From the NCBI GenBank assembly GCA_964351865.1, contig CAYGPJ010000006.1, positions 17,833 to 81,832 on the forward strand: DNA of 64,000 nt. Reading direction: 5' to 3'. The notes under the pieces were generated by a model that saw only the letters and a program-made list of their open reading frames with translations, was not told the origin of the DNA and did no database searches. The translations under genes were made by a program, and so were the position numbers. Shown in pieces: positions 1 to 8,975 of the stretch. The stretch comes from an uncultured Blastochloridaceae bacterium. Its GTDB lineage: Bacteria > Verrucomicrobiota > Verrucomicrobiia > Methylacidiphilales > JBCBYL01. Position 1 is the first letter of the stretch; each line of letters starts with the position of its first letter.

Positions 1-1085
1 TTTCCGAACAGATCCACTTCGATAGCCGTGTTGATGGTGATGATACCTAGTCGACGAACCATTTCGGGGTTGTTGGTGATTTCCTGTGGTCGCAGCATGA
101 TCTTCGAGCGAAACTCGTCCAAGTGATCATACATGTATTTGAGAACGTCCTGGCTGACCGTAATGGAAGTGCCGGTAGCGAAGGTGCAGCGGCCTTTTTT
201 CATGAGATCAATGACGGAGTCCTGGATCACCTCAGTGAACATCTCAAAATTGGGAATATCGGGATGATCTCCCAGCGCTCCCAGCACCGCATTGGCTATA
301 TTGCCTACGCCGGACTGAAGTGGCAGAAATTCCGGCGGGATATGTCCGTTACGCAATTCTTCCGCCAGAAAGTCGGCTACATTTTTGCCAATTTGGGTGG
401 TGGTTTCATCTGCCGGGGTAAAGGCGCCCACTTCATCCGGCAGGTTAGTATGCACGATGCCGACAATTTTCTTCGGATCGATCTCAATCGCTTCGGTGCC
501 GATACGATCTGAGCAGTTCGTTAGTTTTAATCCCTTGCGGTGTGGTGGATTCTTCGGCTCGTAGATGTCATGGAGTCCACAGAGTTCCTTGGGGTGAAAG
601 CTGTTGAGCTCGATCAGGATTTTGTCAGCATGATGGCAGAAAGTCGGGGCAGCACCGACCGAAGTGGTGGGGTAAATTTTACCATCTTCAGTGACATGAC
701 AGGCTTCTATAATAGCCCATTGAAAATCGCCCAGAAATCCATAGCGAATGGCTTGTGGCATCGCAGAGAGGTGCATGTCAAAAAAGCGGGTGCGCCCTTC
801 GTTGATAGCCTTGCGAAGGTATTTATTGGACTGGTAAGGCGTTCTCCATGAGATGGCGTCAGCCAGGGCCAGTTCTCCGTCTAAAGACTGGCCGGTGGAT
901 GCTCCGGTGACGACACCTATGGAAAAAGGGCGTCCGGCTGCGTGCTCAGCCTTGGCTTTTTCTGCGATGGCGGTCGGGATGGCTTTGGCGGCCCCCGCAG
1001 GAGTGAATCCGCTGAATCCGATGGTCTGGCCATCTTGGATTAAGGCTGCGGCTTCTGCTGCGGTAAGAGTGGGATAAGTGCTCAT
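1..1085 (-). CDS. Succinate/propionate CoA-transferase (acetyl-CoA hydrolase/transferase family, ScpC/YgfH-like); 3' end runs off the window
   Basis: Not in the ORF track (open at the edge). Manual translation from ATG 1085 gives MSTYPTLTAAEAAALIQDGQTIGFSGFTPAGAAKAIP...VVTGASTG...RTPYQS...FFDMHLS, typical of the family. The start overlaps the birA stop (ATGA). Confidence 0.88.
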   Translation of the reverse strand, partial: MSTYPTLTAAEAAALIQDGQTIGFSGFTPAGAAKAIPTAIAEKAKAEHAAGRPFSIGVVTGASTGQSLDGELALADAISWRTPYQSNKYLRKAINEGRTRFFDMHLSAMPQAIRYGFLGDFQWAIIEACHVTEDGKIYPTTSVGAAPTFCHHADKILIELNSFHPKELCGLHDIYEPKNPPHRKGLKLTNCSDRIGTEAIEIDPKKIVGIVHTNLPDEVGAFTPADETTTQIGKNVADFLAEELRNGHIPPEFLPLQSGVGNIANAVLGALGDHPDIPNFEMFTEVIQDSVIDLMKKGRCTFATGTSITVSQDVLKYMYDHLDEFRSKIMLRPQEITNNPEMVRRLGIITINTAIEVDLFG

Positions 1086-1927
1086 GATTCTTTCTGGTTT
1101 AGGTTGGTGGATTTTTTTTCTCGTAGCATGGCGACGTAGGCGGAGTTATGAACCGTCTCCATTCCTGTATCATCCCTGAGGATGAGGTCTCCGGATTCGG
1201 TGATGCCGTGGAAGTTGCCTGAAATCGTGTTCTGGCCGACATCCAGTTCGACCGGGCGGGGCAGGGGGCCCCACATCTGATTGAGTTCATCGACCAGGGA
1301 GGCGACTCCGCCGTTTTGCATCTGCTGATGAATTTCGAAGAGGTGGCTTAAGAGGGAAATGAGAAATTCGTCACGGCTGGGCAGGCTGGGGGTCAGATCG
1401 CAGAGGCGAGTGGTAATGTCTTTAAGTTCCGGGGATGAACTGGCAGGCGAATTAGTGAGATTGATGCCGATTCCGGCGACTACGCGGTCGTCTGAGTAGC
1501 GTTCCAGTAGGAGGCCTGCTAGCTTGCGGTCGTTGACCATGATGTCGTTGGGCCAGCGCATCCGTGCCTTGACGTTAATTTTACTCAGAGTGCGAATGAC
1601 GGCAAGTCCGACTGCCAGCGGCAGTGTTTGCCAGCGCTCAGGGGCTCCGGGAGTCGGCAAGACGGCTGATAGCCAGAGTCCACCGAGGTCGGAAGTCCAT
1701 GCCCGGCCGTGACGGCCACGGCCTGCGGTCTGGCTATCGGCGACCACCGCTGTCCAATCCGGATGATGGCGTGCCTCTTCGTTCGTCGAAGGAATCTCCT
1801 TCAGGGGCAGGATGCGCCAGTTCTTCCATTCAAAAGGCGGCAGCGCTTGAGGCGTACTTCCTGCAGCGACGTTGCCGGAACGGGGGGCATCAATTTCATT
1901 CTGCAGACCTGTGTTGATCGAATTCAC
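1082..1927 (-). CDS. birA: Biotin-protein ligase (no N-terminal HTH evident)
   Basis: STN, QTAGRGRHGRAW, RWPND, KLAGLL and GIGIN motifs. Confidence 0.93.
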   Translation of the reverse strand: MNSINTGLQNEIDAPRSGNVAAGSTPQALPPFEWKNWRILPLKEIPSTNEEARHHPDWTAVVADSQTAGRGRHGRAWTSDLGGLWLSAVLPTPGAPERWQTLPLAVGLAVIRTLSKINVKARMRWPNDIMVNDRKLAGLLLERYSDDRVVAGIGINLTNSPASSSPELKDITTRLCDLTPSLPSRDEFLISLLSHLFEIHQQMQNGGVASLVDELNQMWGPLPRPVELDVGQNTISGNFHGITESGDLILRDDTGMETVHNSAYVAMLREKKSTNLNQKES

Positions 1928-1932
1928 TATGA

Positions 1933-3279
1933 CTATTTGAAGGTGGCAATAAAGTATCCGGCTACCACGGCAGTGCCGATGACACCGGCTACATTGGGGC
2001 CCATCGCGTGCATCAGCAGATAATTATTGGGGTCGGCCTTCTGGCCTTCGATGTGGGAAACGCGAGCCGCCATTGGCACGGCAGAAACCCCGGCGGAGCC
2101 GATTAACGGGTTAATGGGGTTTTTACGGGAGAAGAGGTTCATGACTTTGGCCATGATGACACCGGAGGCGGTGGCAAAACCGAAGGCAATGACCCCCAGA
2201 ATAACAATCTTGATGGTATCCCAGGCGAGGAAAGTGGCCCCGTTCATGGTGATGCCGACGCTGACCCCGAGGAAGATGGTGACGATGTTGATGATTTCGT
2301 TCTGAGCTGCTTTGAGTAACCGTTCCGTCACGCCGCATTCGCGGATGAAGTTGCCCAGCATCAGCATAGCGATCAGGGCTGAGGCGTCCGGAACCAGAAT
2401 GATACAGGCCACCAGCACCAGCAGGCAGAAGACCAGTTTTTCCTGCTTGCTGACGGGGCGCAGGGATTTCATACGGATGGTGCGCTCCTTCTTTGATGTC
2501 AATAGCCGCATGATGGGGGGTTGAATCAGAGGAACCAGGGCCATATAACTGTAAGCGGCTACGGCGATAGGACCGAGTAGGTCAGGGGCTAGTTTGTTAC
2601 TGATGAAAATGGCAGTGGGGCCGTCCGCACCTCCGATGATACCGATGGCGGCACATTCCTGATTAGAGAACCCCATGAAGCTGGCTCCCATGAAAGTCAG
2701 AAAGACACCTAACTGCGCAGCTCCGCCCAGCAGCAGCATGCGAGGGTTAGCAATCAGGGGGCCGAAGTCAGTTAATGCGCCTACTCCAAGAAAGATGAGT
2801 GGAGGGAATATCTCCCAGCGCACGCCAAGTGAAATCAGGTCAAAGAGTCCGGGATGTCCGGGACCTTCTGGTTCGGCGCTTGGGGTGCTGGAGGGGACGG
2901 GTCGTTGAGGAATGGCTGGCGTCACTGCCGATGTTGCCCGTGTCGGGGATTGTTCAAAAAAAGGTTGGCCAGGTTGTATCTGAGGAGCGGTTCTGGCGGG
3001 ATCAACGCCTGGAGCGTGGCCTTGCGTGGTAGCGGACTCGGGTTGGTGTGCCAGTTGTCTCACTACCGCTGGCGCATCCAGTTCTGGATTGTAAACACCG
3101 CGTGTCGGCAGGTTAGCCAGCAGGGCCCCGAAAGCTATGGGAACTAGTAGCAGCGGTTCAAAGCCTTTGTAGACTGCCAGATAAAAGAGCACTAGCACGA
3201 CGCCCCACATGATGAGCATCTGGTGGGTGATCTCATGTAGCCCGGTGAGAGCGATAAAGTTCTGAATTTGATCAATCAT
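1933..3279 (-). CDS. mmdB: Na+-translocating decarboxylase beta subunit (OadB/MmdB)
   Basis: FEPLLLVPIAFG, IGIIGGADGPTAI, AYSYMALVP, SAVPMAARV and HAMGPNVAGVIG motifs. Confidence 0.93.
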   Translation of the reverse strand: MIDQIQNFIALTGLHEITHQMLIMWGVVLVLFYLAVYKGFEPLLLVPIAFGALLANLPTRGVYNPELDAPAVVRQLAHQPESATTQGHAPGVDPARTAPQIQPGQPFFEQSPTRATSAVTPAIPQRPVPSSTPSAEPEGPGHPGLFDLISLGVRWEIFPPLIFLGVGALTDFGPLIANPRMLLLGGAAQLGVFLTFMGASFMGFSNQECAAIGIIGGADGPTAIFISNKLAPDLLGPIAVAAYSYMALVPLIQPPIMRLLTSKKERTIRMKSLRPVSKQEKLVFCLLVLVACIILVPDASALIAMLMLGNFIRECGVTERLLKAAQNEIINIVTIFLGVSVGITMNGATFLAWDTIKIVILGVIAFGFATASGVIMAKVMNLFSRKNPINPLIGSAGVSAVPMAARVSHIEGQKADPNNYLLMHAMGPNVAGVIGTAVVAGYFIATFK

Positions 3280-3659
3280 TAAGACAGTTCTATCAGAGGT
3301 TGACCTTCTTCGACAGCATCACCTTCACCGACAAGAATTTTCCCAATGGTTCCATCCTGCGGGGCGAAGACATGGGTGTTCATTTTCATGGCTTCCATCG
3401 TGATGAGTTCGTCGCCTTCTTTAACAGCTTGACCGACACTGACTTCGAGCGAAACGATCTTACCGGCCAGCGGACTCAGGACAGATCCATCGGAAGCGGC
3501 GGCTCTGGGAGCGGCAGCAGCAGCGGGAGATGGAGGGGTTACGGACGCAGATGCAGGGCGTGTTCGAGGTGATGCTGGCGGCGTGGATTGGCCTTCCTCC
3601 AGAACTTCTACAGTGACATCATAGGCTTTGCCTTCGACGGTGATTCTCAGTTTTTTCAT
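3279..3659 (-). CDS. mmdC: Biotin carboxyl carrier subunit (MmdC-like)
   Basis: EAMKM biotinylation motif after a Pro/Ala linker. Confidence 0.92.
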   Translation of the reverse strand: MKKLRITVEGKAYDVTVEVLEEGQSTPPASPRTRPASASVTPPSPAAAAAPRAAASDGSVLSPLAGKIVSLEVSVGQAVKEGDELITMEAMKMNTHVFAPQDGTIGKILVGEGDAVEEGQPLIELS

Positions 3660-3697
3660 AAAGCGAATAAGGGAATAGAGGGTGGGTGGATCATGGG

Positions 3698-4120
3698 TTA
3701 ACGGACTTTGTGACTGGAAAAGATGGCGCGGCGTCCTTCTGCTGACCAGGTGGAGACTTGATGTTCGGGTTCGTGATTGGAATGGCGGTGTTGTACTCCG
3801 ACAATCCGGTAGGGACCGTTGACGGTGGTCTGAACGGCAGCCGCGATCAGTGCCAGCGTGGAGGCAGAAATGCCATCATTCGGATCTTCGGCTGGCGATG
3901 TGTGTGCATTGGTGCCGCCTAGGGCCTCTTTTTTTCTCAGCGACCGTTCCTGAATCAGCACGAAGCATTTTCCAATCACGGCAATGCTAACCCACAGGAA
4001 AGACAGTACGCCCAGGACAACGATAAAGCCGGTGACAATCATTGTCAGCGAGGCGGTAAACTCTTCTGGAGAAGGTAAAAAAAATGCAAATGAAGTGAAT
4101 GTCGACATAACGCTAGGCAT
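3698..4120 (-). CDS. OadG/MmdD-like anchor subunit of the decarboxylase
   Basis: Single N-terminal TM helix, ALIAAAV motif, C-terminal WSAEGR; lies between the alpha and biotin-carrier genes. Confidence 0.8.
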   Translation of the reverse strand: MPSVMSTFTSFAFFLPSPEEFTASLTMIVTGFIVVLGVLSFLWVSIAVIGKCFVLIQERSLRKKEALGGTNAHTSPAEDPNDGISASTLALIAAAVQTTVNGPYRIVGVQHRHSNHEPEHQVSTWSAEGRRAIFSSHKVR

Positions 4121-4128
4121 TGTGCACC

Positions 4129-5682
4129 TCAGAGAGGAATATTTCCATGTTTTTTCGGAGGACGTGTTTCACGTTTGGAGAGCGTGGCACGCAATGATCT
4201 GGCGATGACGGCGCGGGTGGCGGCCGGGTTGATGACATCGGTCACCATGGCGGCTTCAGCAGCCTGATAAGGACTGGCGAACTGCTCGCGATACTGATCC
4301 TGCAGTTCTTTTTCCTTGGCTTGCGTGTCCTCGGCAGCCTCTAACTCTCTGCGGTATAAAATTTTAACTGCCCCTTCGGCTCCCATCACGGCAATTTCTG
4401 CGGTCGGCCAGGCATAAACCAGATCCGCACCCATGTCTTTACTGCACATTGCCAGGTAAGCTCCTCCATAGGCTTTGCGCATGATCAAGGTGATTTTTGG
4501 AACGGTGGCGGCCGCATAGGCAAAGAGCATTTTGGCACCATGACGAATGATACCACCGCGCTCCTGTGCGACACCCGGGAAGAATCCGGGCACATCCACC
4601 AGGCTGACAATCGGGATATTGAAGATATTGCAAAAGCGAATGAAGCGCGCTGATTTATCTGAGGCATCAATGTCGAGGCAACCTGCTTTTACCATAGGTT
4701 CATTGGCGACGATACCGACTACGACACCGCCAATGCGGGCGAAACCGATCACCATATTCTTGGCCCAGTCCATCATGACTTCGAAGAAATCTCCATCATC
4801 CACCAGTAGCTCAATGACGTGGTGTACATTCAGGGGAGCTTTGGAGGAGTCCGGAATGATTTCGTTCATGGCGGGATCATCCTCAGTGGGGAGCGGAACA
4901 CTTAAATCGTGAGGCGGATCCATCATGTTATTCGAAGGGATGAAGGAAAGAAGTTTGCGGGCCAGTTCGATGGCGTGGGCGTCATTTTCGGCTACAAAGT
5001 GAATATTTCCGCTGACTGAAGCATGGGCGGCGGCGCTGCCGATTTGCTCCATGGTTGCCGTTTCTCCCGTAGCCGCTTTGATGACGGCAGGCCCGCAAAT
5101 GAACATATTCGCGGTATCCTTGGTCATGATCAGGAAGTCGGTGAGTGCGGGGGAATAGGCGGCACCGCCGGCGCAAGGTCCAGCGATGATGGCGATCTGT
5201 GGCACGACGCCAGAAAGAATGACGTTATTGAAAAACACTTTCCCGTAACCGGAGAGCGATTGAACCCCCTCCTGGATGCGGGCTCCTCCGGAGTCGTTGA
5301 ACCCGATCACTGGCATGCCCGAGGTCAGAGCATAGTCCATGATATCACAAATCTTCTGGGCATGAGTGGCTCCCAGTGAACCACCACTGACCGTGAAGTC
5401 CTGACTGAAGCAAGCTACCTGGCGGCCGTCGACATTTCCGATACCGGTGATGACTCCGTCCATAGGGAGGCGCTTGGATTGCATTCCGAAATTGGTGGAT
5501 TGATGTTGTGCATGCATGGCAAATTCCTGGAAGGTATCTGCTTCATACAGGTTATTTACACGATCACGCGCGGTCATTAACCCTTTTTCGTGACGTTTAT
5601 CAATTTTATCCTGGCCTCCGGCTAGGCGGGCTTCCTGCTGGCGTTTTTCCAGTTTTTCAATGAGTGAGGGATCGATGGGCAT
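4129..5682 (-). CDS. mmdA: Methylmalonyl-CoA decarboxylase alpha / acyl-CoA carboxyltransferase
   Basis: QDFTVSGGSLG, DSGGARIQEG, GPCAGGAAYSPALTD, DVPGF, RKAYGGAY and KKHGNIPL motifs. Confidence 0.92.
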   Translation of the reverse strand: MPIDPSLIEKLEKRQQEARLAGGQDKIDKRHEKGLMTARDRVNNLYEADTFQEFAMHAQHQSTNFGMQSKRLPMDGVITGIGNVDGRQVACFSQDFTVSGGSLGATHAQKICDIMDYALTSGMPVIGFNDSGGARIQEGVQSLSGYGKVFFNNVILSGVVPQIAIIAGPCAGGAAYSPALTDFLIMTKDTANMFICGPAVIKAATGETATMEQIGSAAAHASVSGNIHFVAENDAHAIELARKLLSFIPSNNMMDPPHDLSVPLPTEDDPAMNEIIPDSSKAPLNVHHVIELLVDDGDFFEVMMDWAKNMVIGFARIGGVVVGIVANEPMVKAGCLDIDASDKSARFIRFCNIFNIPIVSLVDVPGFFPGVAQERGGIIRHGAKMLFAYAAATVPKITLIMRKAYGGAYLAMCSKDMGADLVYAWPTAEIAVMGAEGAVKILYRRELEAAEDTQAKEKELQDQYREQFASPYQAAEAAMVTDVINPAATRAVIARSLRATLSKRETRPPKKHGNIPL

Positions 5683-5731
5683 GATGGATTTTTTATTTAT
5701 GAGTTAGGAGTGATGAATGATGAGTGATGAT

Positions 5732-6133
5732 TTATTTGGGGCAGCAGAATTCGGTGAGTACTCCGTGGGTCGATTTAGGGTGTAGAAATGCAACGAGTTT
5801 GTCGCCAGCTCCCTCGATCGGTTTTTCGTGGATCAGGCGGGCACCACTGTCGGCGGCCTGCTGTAATTGAGCTTCGATATTGTCGGTGCCGAAAGCGATG
5901 TGGTGAATGCCTTCACCCTTGGAGGCGAGAAACTTGGCGATCGGGCTGTCATCAGCGGTGGGTTCCAGCAGTTCGATGTGGGTGCCGCCAACATCAAAAA
6001 AGGCGGTTTTGACCTTCTGTGATTCAACTTCTTCTATGTGTTCACATTTCAAACCGAGTGTTTTTTCGTAATAGGGAATACTTTCTTCCAGTGAGTTCAC
6101 GGCGATTCCGAGGTGATCAATTTTACCAATCAT
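5732..6133 (-). CDS. mce: Methylmalonyl-CoA epimerase
   Basis: DHLGIAV, IELLEP, GEGIHHIAF and FLHPKSTHGVLTE (VOC fold). Confidence 0.95.
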   Translation of the reverse strand: MIGKIDHLGIAVNSLEESIPYYEKTLGLKCEHIEEVESQKVKTAFFDVGGTHIELLEPTADDSPIAKFLASKGEGIHHIAFGTDNIEAQLQQAADSGARLIHEKPIEGAGDKLVAFLHPKSTHGVLTEFCCPK

Positions 6134-6186
6134 GATGTATTTCTTTCTTTTCAGCTATGAGCTTAACTAATCTTAAGCACAGGCGC

Positions 6187-6216
6187 AGTATAATATATTA
6201 GAATGCCTAATTACAA
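6187..6216 (-). promoter_or_regulatory. Putative sigma70 promoter of the mce-mmd operon
   Basis: TTGTAA-N18-TATACT on the minus strand about 55 nt upstream of mce. Confidence 0.4.
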
Positions 6217-6294
6217 GCAGATTCGTCAATTTGTTGAAGTTTTTTTGATATTTTCAGGAAAAGCATAAGATTTATTTTGCGGGCCAGGCACTAG

Positions 6295-7395
6295 TTAACG
6301 CTGGAAAATGTTCAGCAATTCAGTCGCTCCGGCGGAAGCGGGAGTGTGACCACTAAGAACACTCGCTCGAATTTTGTCCAACTGCGCACTGACGTTCGGG
6401 TCGGCATAGAATCCCGCGATGAGTTGTTGTTCGACCATTGCGTGCATCCAGTCGAGTCGCTGCTGGTTTCGGTTCTGAGCGAGTTGCCCGCTGGTGAGCA
6501 TTTGTTGATGAAACTGGTGGATGAGGGTCCAGACGGAGTCCACTCCTTCTCCACTGATAGATGAGCACTTCAGCGCTTGAGGTGTCCAAGCGGGGGTGGC
6601 TGGTTTCAAGTAGTGAAGCGCTCGCTCAGCTTCCTGACGTGCGGCTTCGGCGCGGGTCAGGTTGTCGCCGTCTGCTTTATTGATCAGAATGGCGTCAGCT
6701 AATTCCACCACGCCCTTCTTGATCCCTTGCAGTTCATCTCCACCGCCTGCAATCATCAGCAATAAGAAAAAATCAACCATCGAGCGGACGGTCGTTTCGT
6801 TCTGACCGACTCCGACGGTTTCCACCAGAATGACATCGAAACCGGCGGCTTCGCAGAGAATGATGGTTTCACGACTTTTGCGGGTGACGCCGCCGAGGTT
6901 GCCACCGGTCGGTGAGGGGCGAATGAATGCCTGCGGGTGGCACGAGAGTTTTTCCATCCGGGTTTTGTCACCCAGGATGCTGCCCTGGGTCACGGAGCTG
7001 CTGGGATCCACTGCCAGCACGGCCACTTTTTTCTGCTGATCGCAGAGTTGGGTGCCAAAGGCTTCGATAAAGGTGCTCTTGCCGGCGCCGGGAATGCCGG
7101 TGATGCCAATCCGGATCGACCGACCGGCATGCGGCAGGAGTGCTTTAATGATGGCGTCTGCGGTTTCCCGATGTGCGGGAGCATTACTTTCGACCAGCGT
7201 GATCGCTTTGGAGAGTAGCGAGCGGTTACCGGAAAGAATGCCGTCAATCAGTTCGGGGGCAGAATGCCGTTTGCGTTTGTGGCGGGGAGTAACGGATTGC
7301 GCAGGGGAGGAAATACCATCCATTACTCTGCCGGCAAAGGCTGGTCCTGCATTTTCAGGAGTCCATTCGGGTCGCTTATGCTCTTGCTGATCCAC
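6295..7395 (-). CDS. meaB: Methylmalonyl-CoA mutase-associated GTPase MeaB
   Basis: GIPGAGKST, DPSS, GDKTRM, ETVGVGQ, GDELQGIKKG and NKAD motifs. Confidence 0.95.
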   Translation of the reverse strand: MDQQEHKRPEWTPENAGPAFAGRVMDGISSPAQSVTPRHKRKRHSAPELIDGILSGNRSLLSKAITLVESNAPAHRETADAIIKALLPHAGRSIRIGITGIPGAGKSTFIEAFGTQLCDQQKKVAVLAVDPSSSVTQGSILGDKTRMEKLSCHPQAFIRPSPTGGNLGGVTRKSRETIILCEAAGFDVILVETVGVGQNETTVRSMVDFFLLLMIAGGGDELQGIKKGVVELADAILINKADGDNLTRAEAARQEAERALHYLKPATPAWTPQALKCSSISGEGVDSVWTLIHQFHQQMLTSGQLAQNRNQQRLDWMHAMVEQQLIAGFYADPNVSAQLDKIRASVLSGHTPASAGATELLNIFQR

Positions 7396-7495
7396 AGGGG
7401 CTTAGTAAAGCACCAGATCTATCGTAACTCAAAATAAATCCATAAAAGTGTGCTGCGGTAAGGAACGACTCAAATGGATTTAACCTATCTAATGA

Positions 7496-8605
7496 TCAGC
7501 CGATCACTACGATTTCACTCCGGCTGCTGGTGCGGATTTGCGGCCCCCAGGCGCCGGTGCCACAGGATACGTAGATGTCGGTGCCGTCACGCCGCTGATG
7601 GCCGTGGCTGATTTGGAAGATACGTTGGGTGATCCATTGAAACGGCCAGAATTGTCCATGATGAGTATGGCCACAGAATAACAGGTCGGCTTTCACGTCG
7701 ACGGCTTCCTGGATACGAACGGGTTGGTGATCTAGAACGATCAGCGGTTTGTCGCGCTGAATGTCTTGGAGAATGTGCTTGAGGGGGACGGAGGCTTGCT
7801 GATTGACGCGGACACTGGCGGCATCTTCCCGACCGGCCACAATGACGGGGCCTAGATTGATGGCCTGATCGCGCAGCACTTTGATGCCGCAGGATTCCAA
7901 CCACTTCGACGTGGCGTCCACACCGGAGATCCATTCGTGGTTGCCGGTGACGGCAATGACTCCATGCGTCGATTGCAGTTGTTGCAGTGCAGCCCGAAAG
8001 GGGTCACTTCTGGGGCTCTTTGTCAGGTCTTCGTCGATGGTGTCGCCGGGGAGTAAAATAAGGTCGGGCGCTTGCTCGTTGATTAATCTGACGATGCGCT
8101 GAATGCGGACGGATGAAACCAGTCCACACAGGTGAATGTCGGAAGCGATCACAATGCGTAGGCCGGCGGGAGCGGGAATCGAGAGGTGTCGTACTTTTGG
8201 AAAACGAACATTCAAGTGGCCGACCACCAGAGCGATCAGGATGATGCTGCTGAGAACCAGGAAATACTGAAGCATCCATGGCGCGATGTCGGCAGGCATG
8301 ACGGGGAGAAAGCAATTCAGCAAGAAGATGAGATCCAAAACAAAGCAACCCAGAAACAGGTAGCTCATACATCCCAGCCACCAGGAGCCGAGATGTAGCA
8401 GGGGCAGCGAGAGCTTTGGCGCGGTCGATTCCAATGCTCTTCCTGCTATATACGAGAGTCCTAAAAAGATGAAACTTCCCAATAGGATCCAGCGGGTGAC
8501 GCTATCGCCAAAAAGCGGCCAGAGATGAAACAGGATAAATCCGTGAATCACTCCCAGCAGAGTGAGCATGACGGTAATAAACAGAATCCAGGAACGCAGC
8601 GGCAC
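7496..8605 (-). CDS. Membrane-anchored metallophosphoesterase (YkuE/YaeI-like)
   Basis: N-terminal TM helices, then SDIH, GD, GNHE, DHQP and GHTHHGQ motifs. Confidence 0.9.
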   Translation of the reverse strand: MPLRSWILFITVMLTLLGVIHGFILFHLWPLFGDSVTRWILLGSFIFLGLSYIAGRALESTAPKLSLPLLHLGSWWLGCMSYLFLGCFVLDLIFLLNCFLPVMPADIAPWMLQYFLVLSSIILIALVVGHLNVRFPKVRHLSIPAPAGLRIVIASDIHLCGLVSSVRIQRIVRLINEQAPDLILLPGDTIDEDLTKSPRSDPFRAALQQLQSTHGVIAVTGNHEWISGVDATSKWLESCGIKVLRDQAINLGPVIVAGREDAASVRVNQQASVPLKHILQDIQRDKPLIVLDHQPVRIQEAVDVKADLLFCGHTHHGQFWPFQWITQRIFQISHGHQRRDGTDIYVSCGTGAWGPQIRTSSRSEIVVIG

Positions 8606-8817
8606 GCCATCACATTATCGGTGAATTCAGGTGACGCAACTGTCCTTCGTGTGGTGATTTCTGACAGCAAACCCATCACTCGTCCGGCAAATTAATTGCG
8701 CGCAAGTCATCGAAAGTATAAGACAAGAGCTTGCGGGAGGGGTGGAGAATGTCTTGAGGTGACCGACCGAGGCAGGAGCGGCATCGAATGATGTTCTAAG
8801 ACCGATGAAGTTGGCCC

Positions 8818-8906
8818 ACGCTAGGGGACGGAGTAATTTTTTCCTGCCACCCTGTTTTCAAAGGGTCAATGCTCTTGCATGGAAAATATTATCCGTCCCC
8901 TAGCGT
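8818..8906. repeat. REP/MITE-like inverted repeat
   Basis: Perfect 15-bp terminal IR ACGCTAGGGGACGGA...TCCGTCCCCTAGCGT, extending imperfectly to about 30 bp. Confidence 0.7.
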
Positions 8907-8975
8907 TCAGCGCTTTGGTGAATCGATATAGAATGTCGTAGAATCTCGATTTTATCGCAGTCAACGCCTGATCCG

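Noticed and set aside
123-1077. Plus-strand ORFs 123-512, 540-851 and 853-1077
   Set aside because: They are antisense to the CoA-transferase gene that runs off the window edge.
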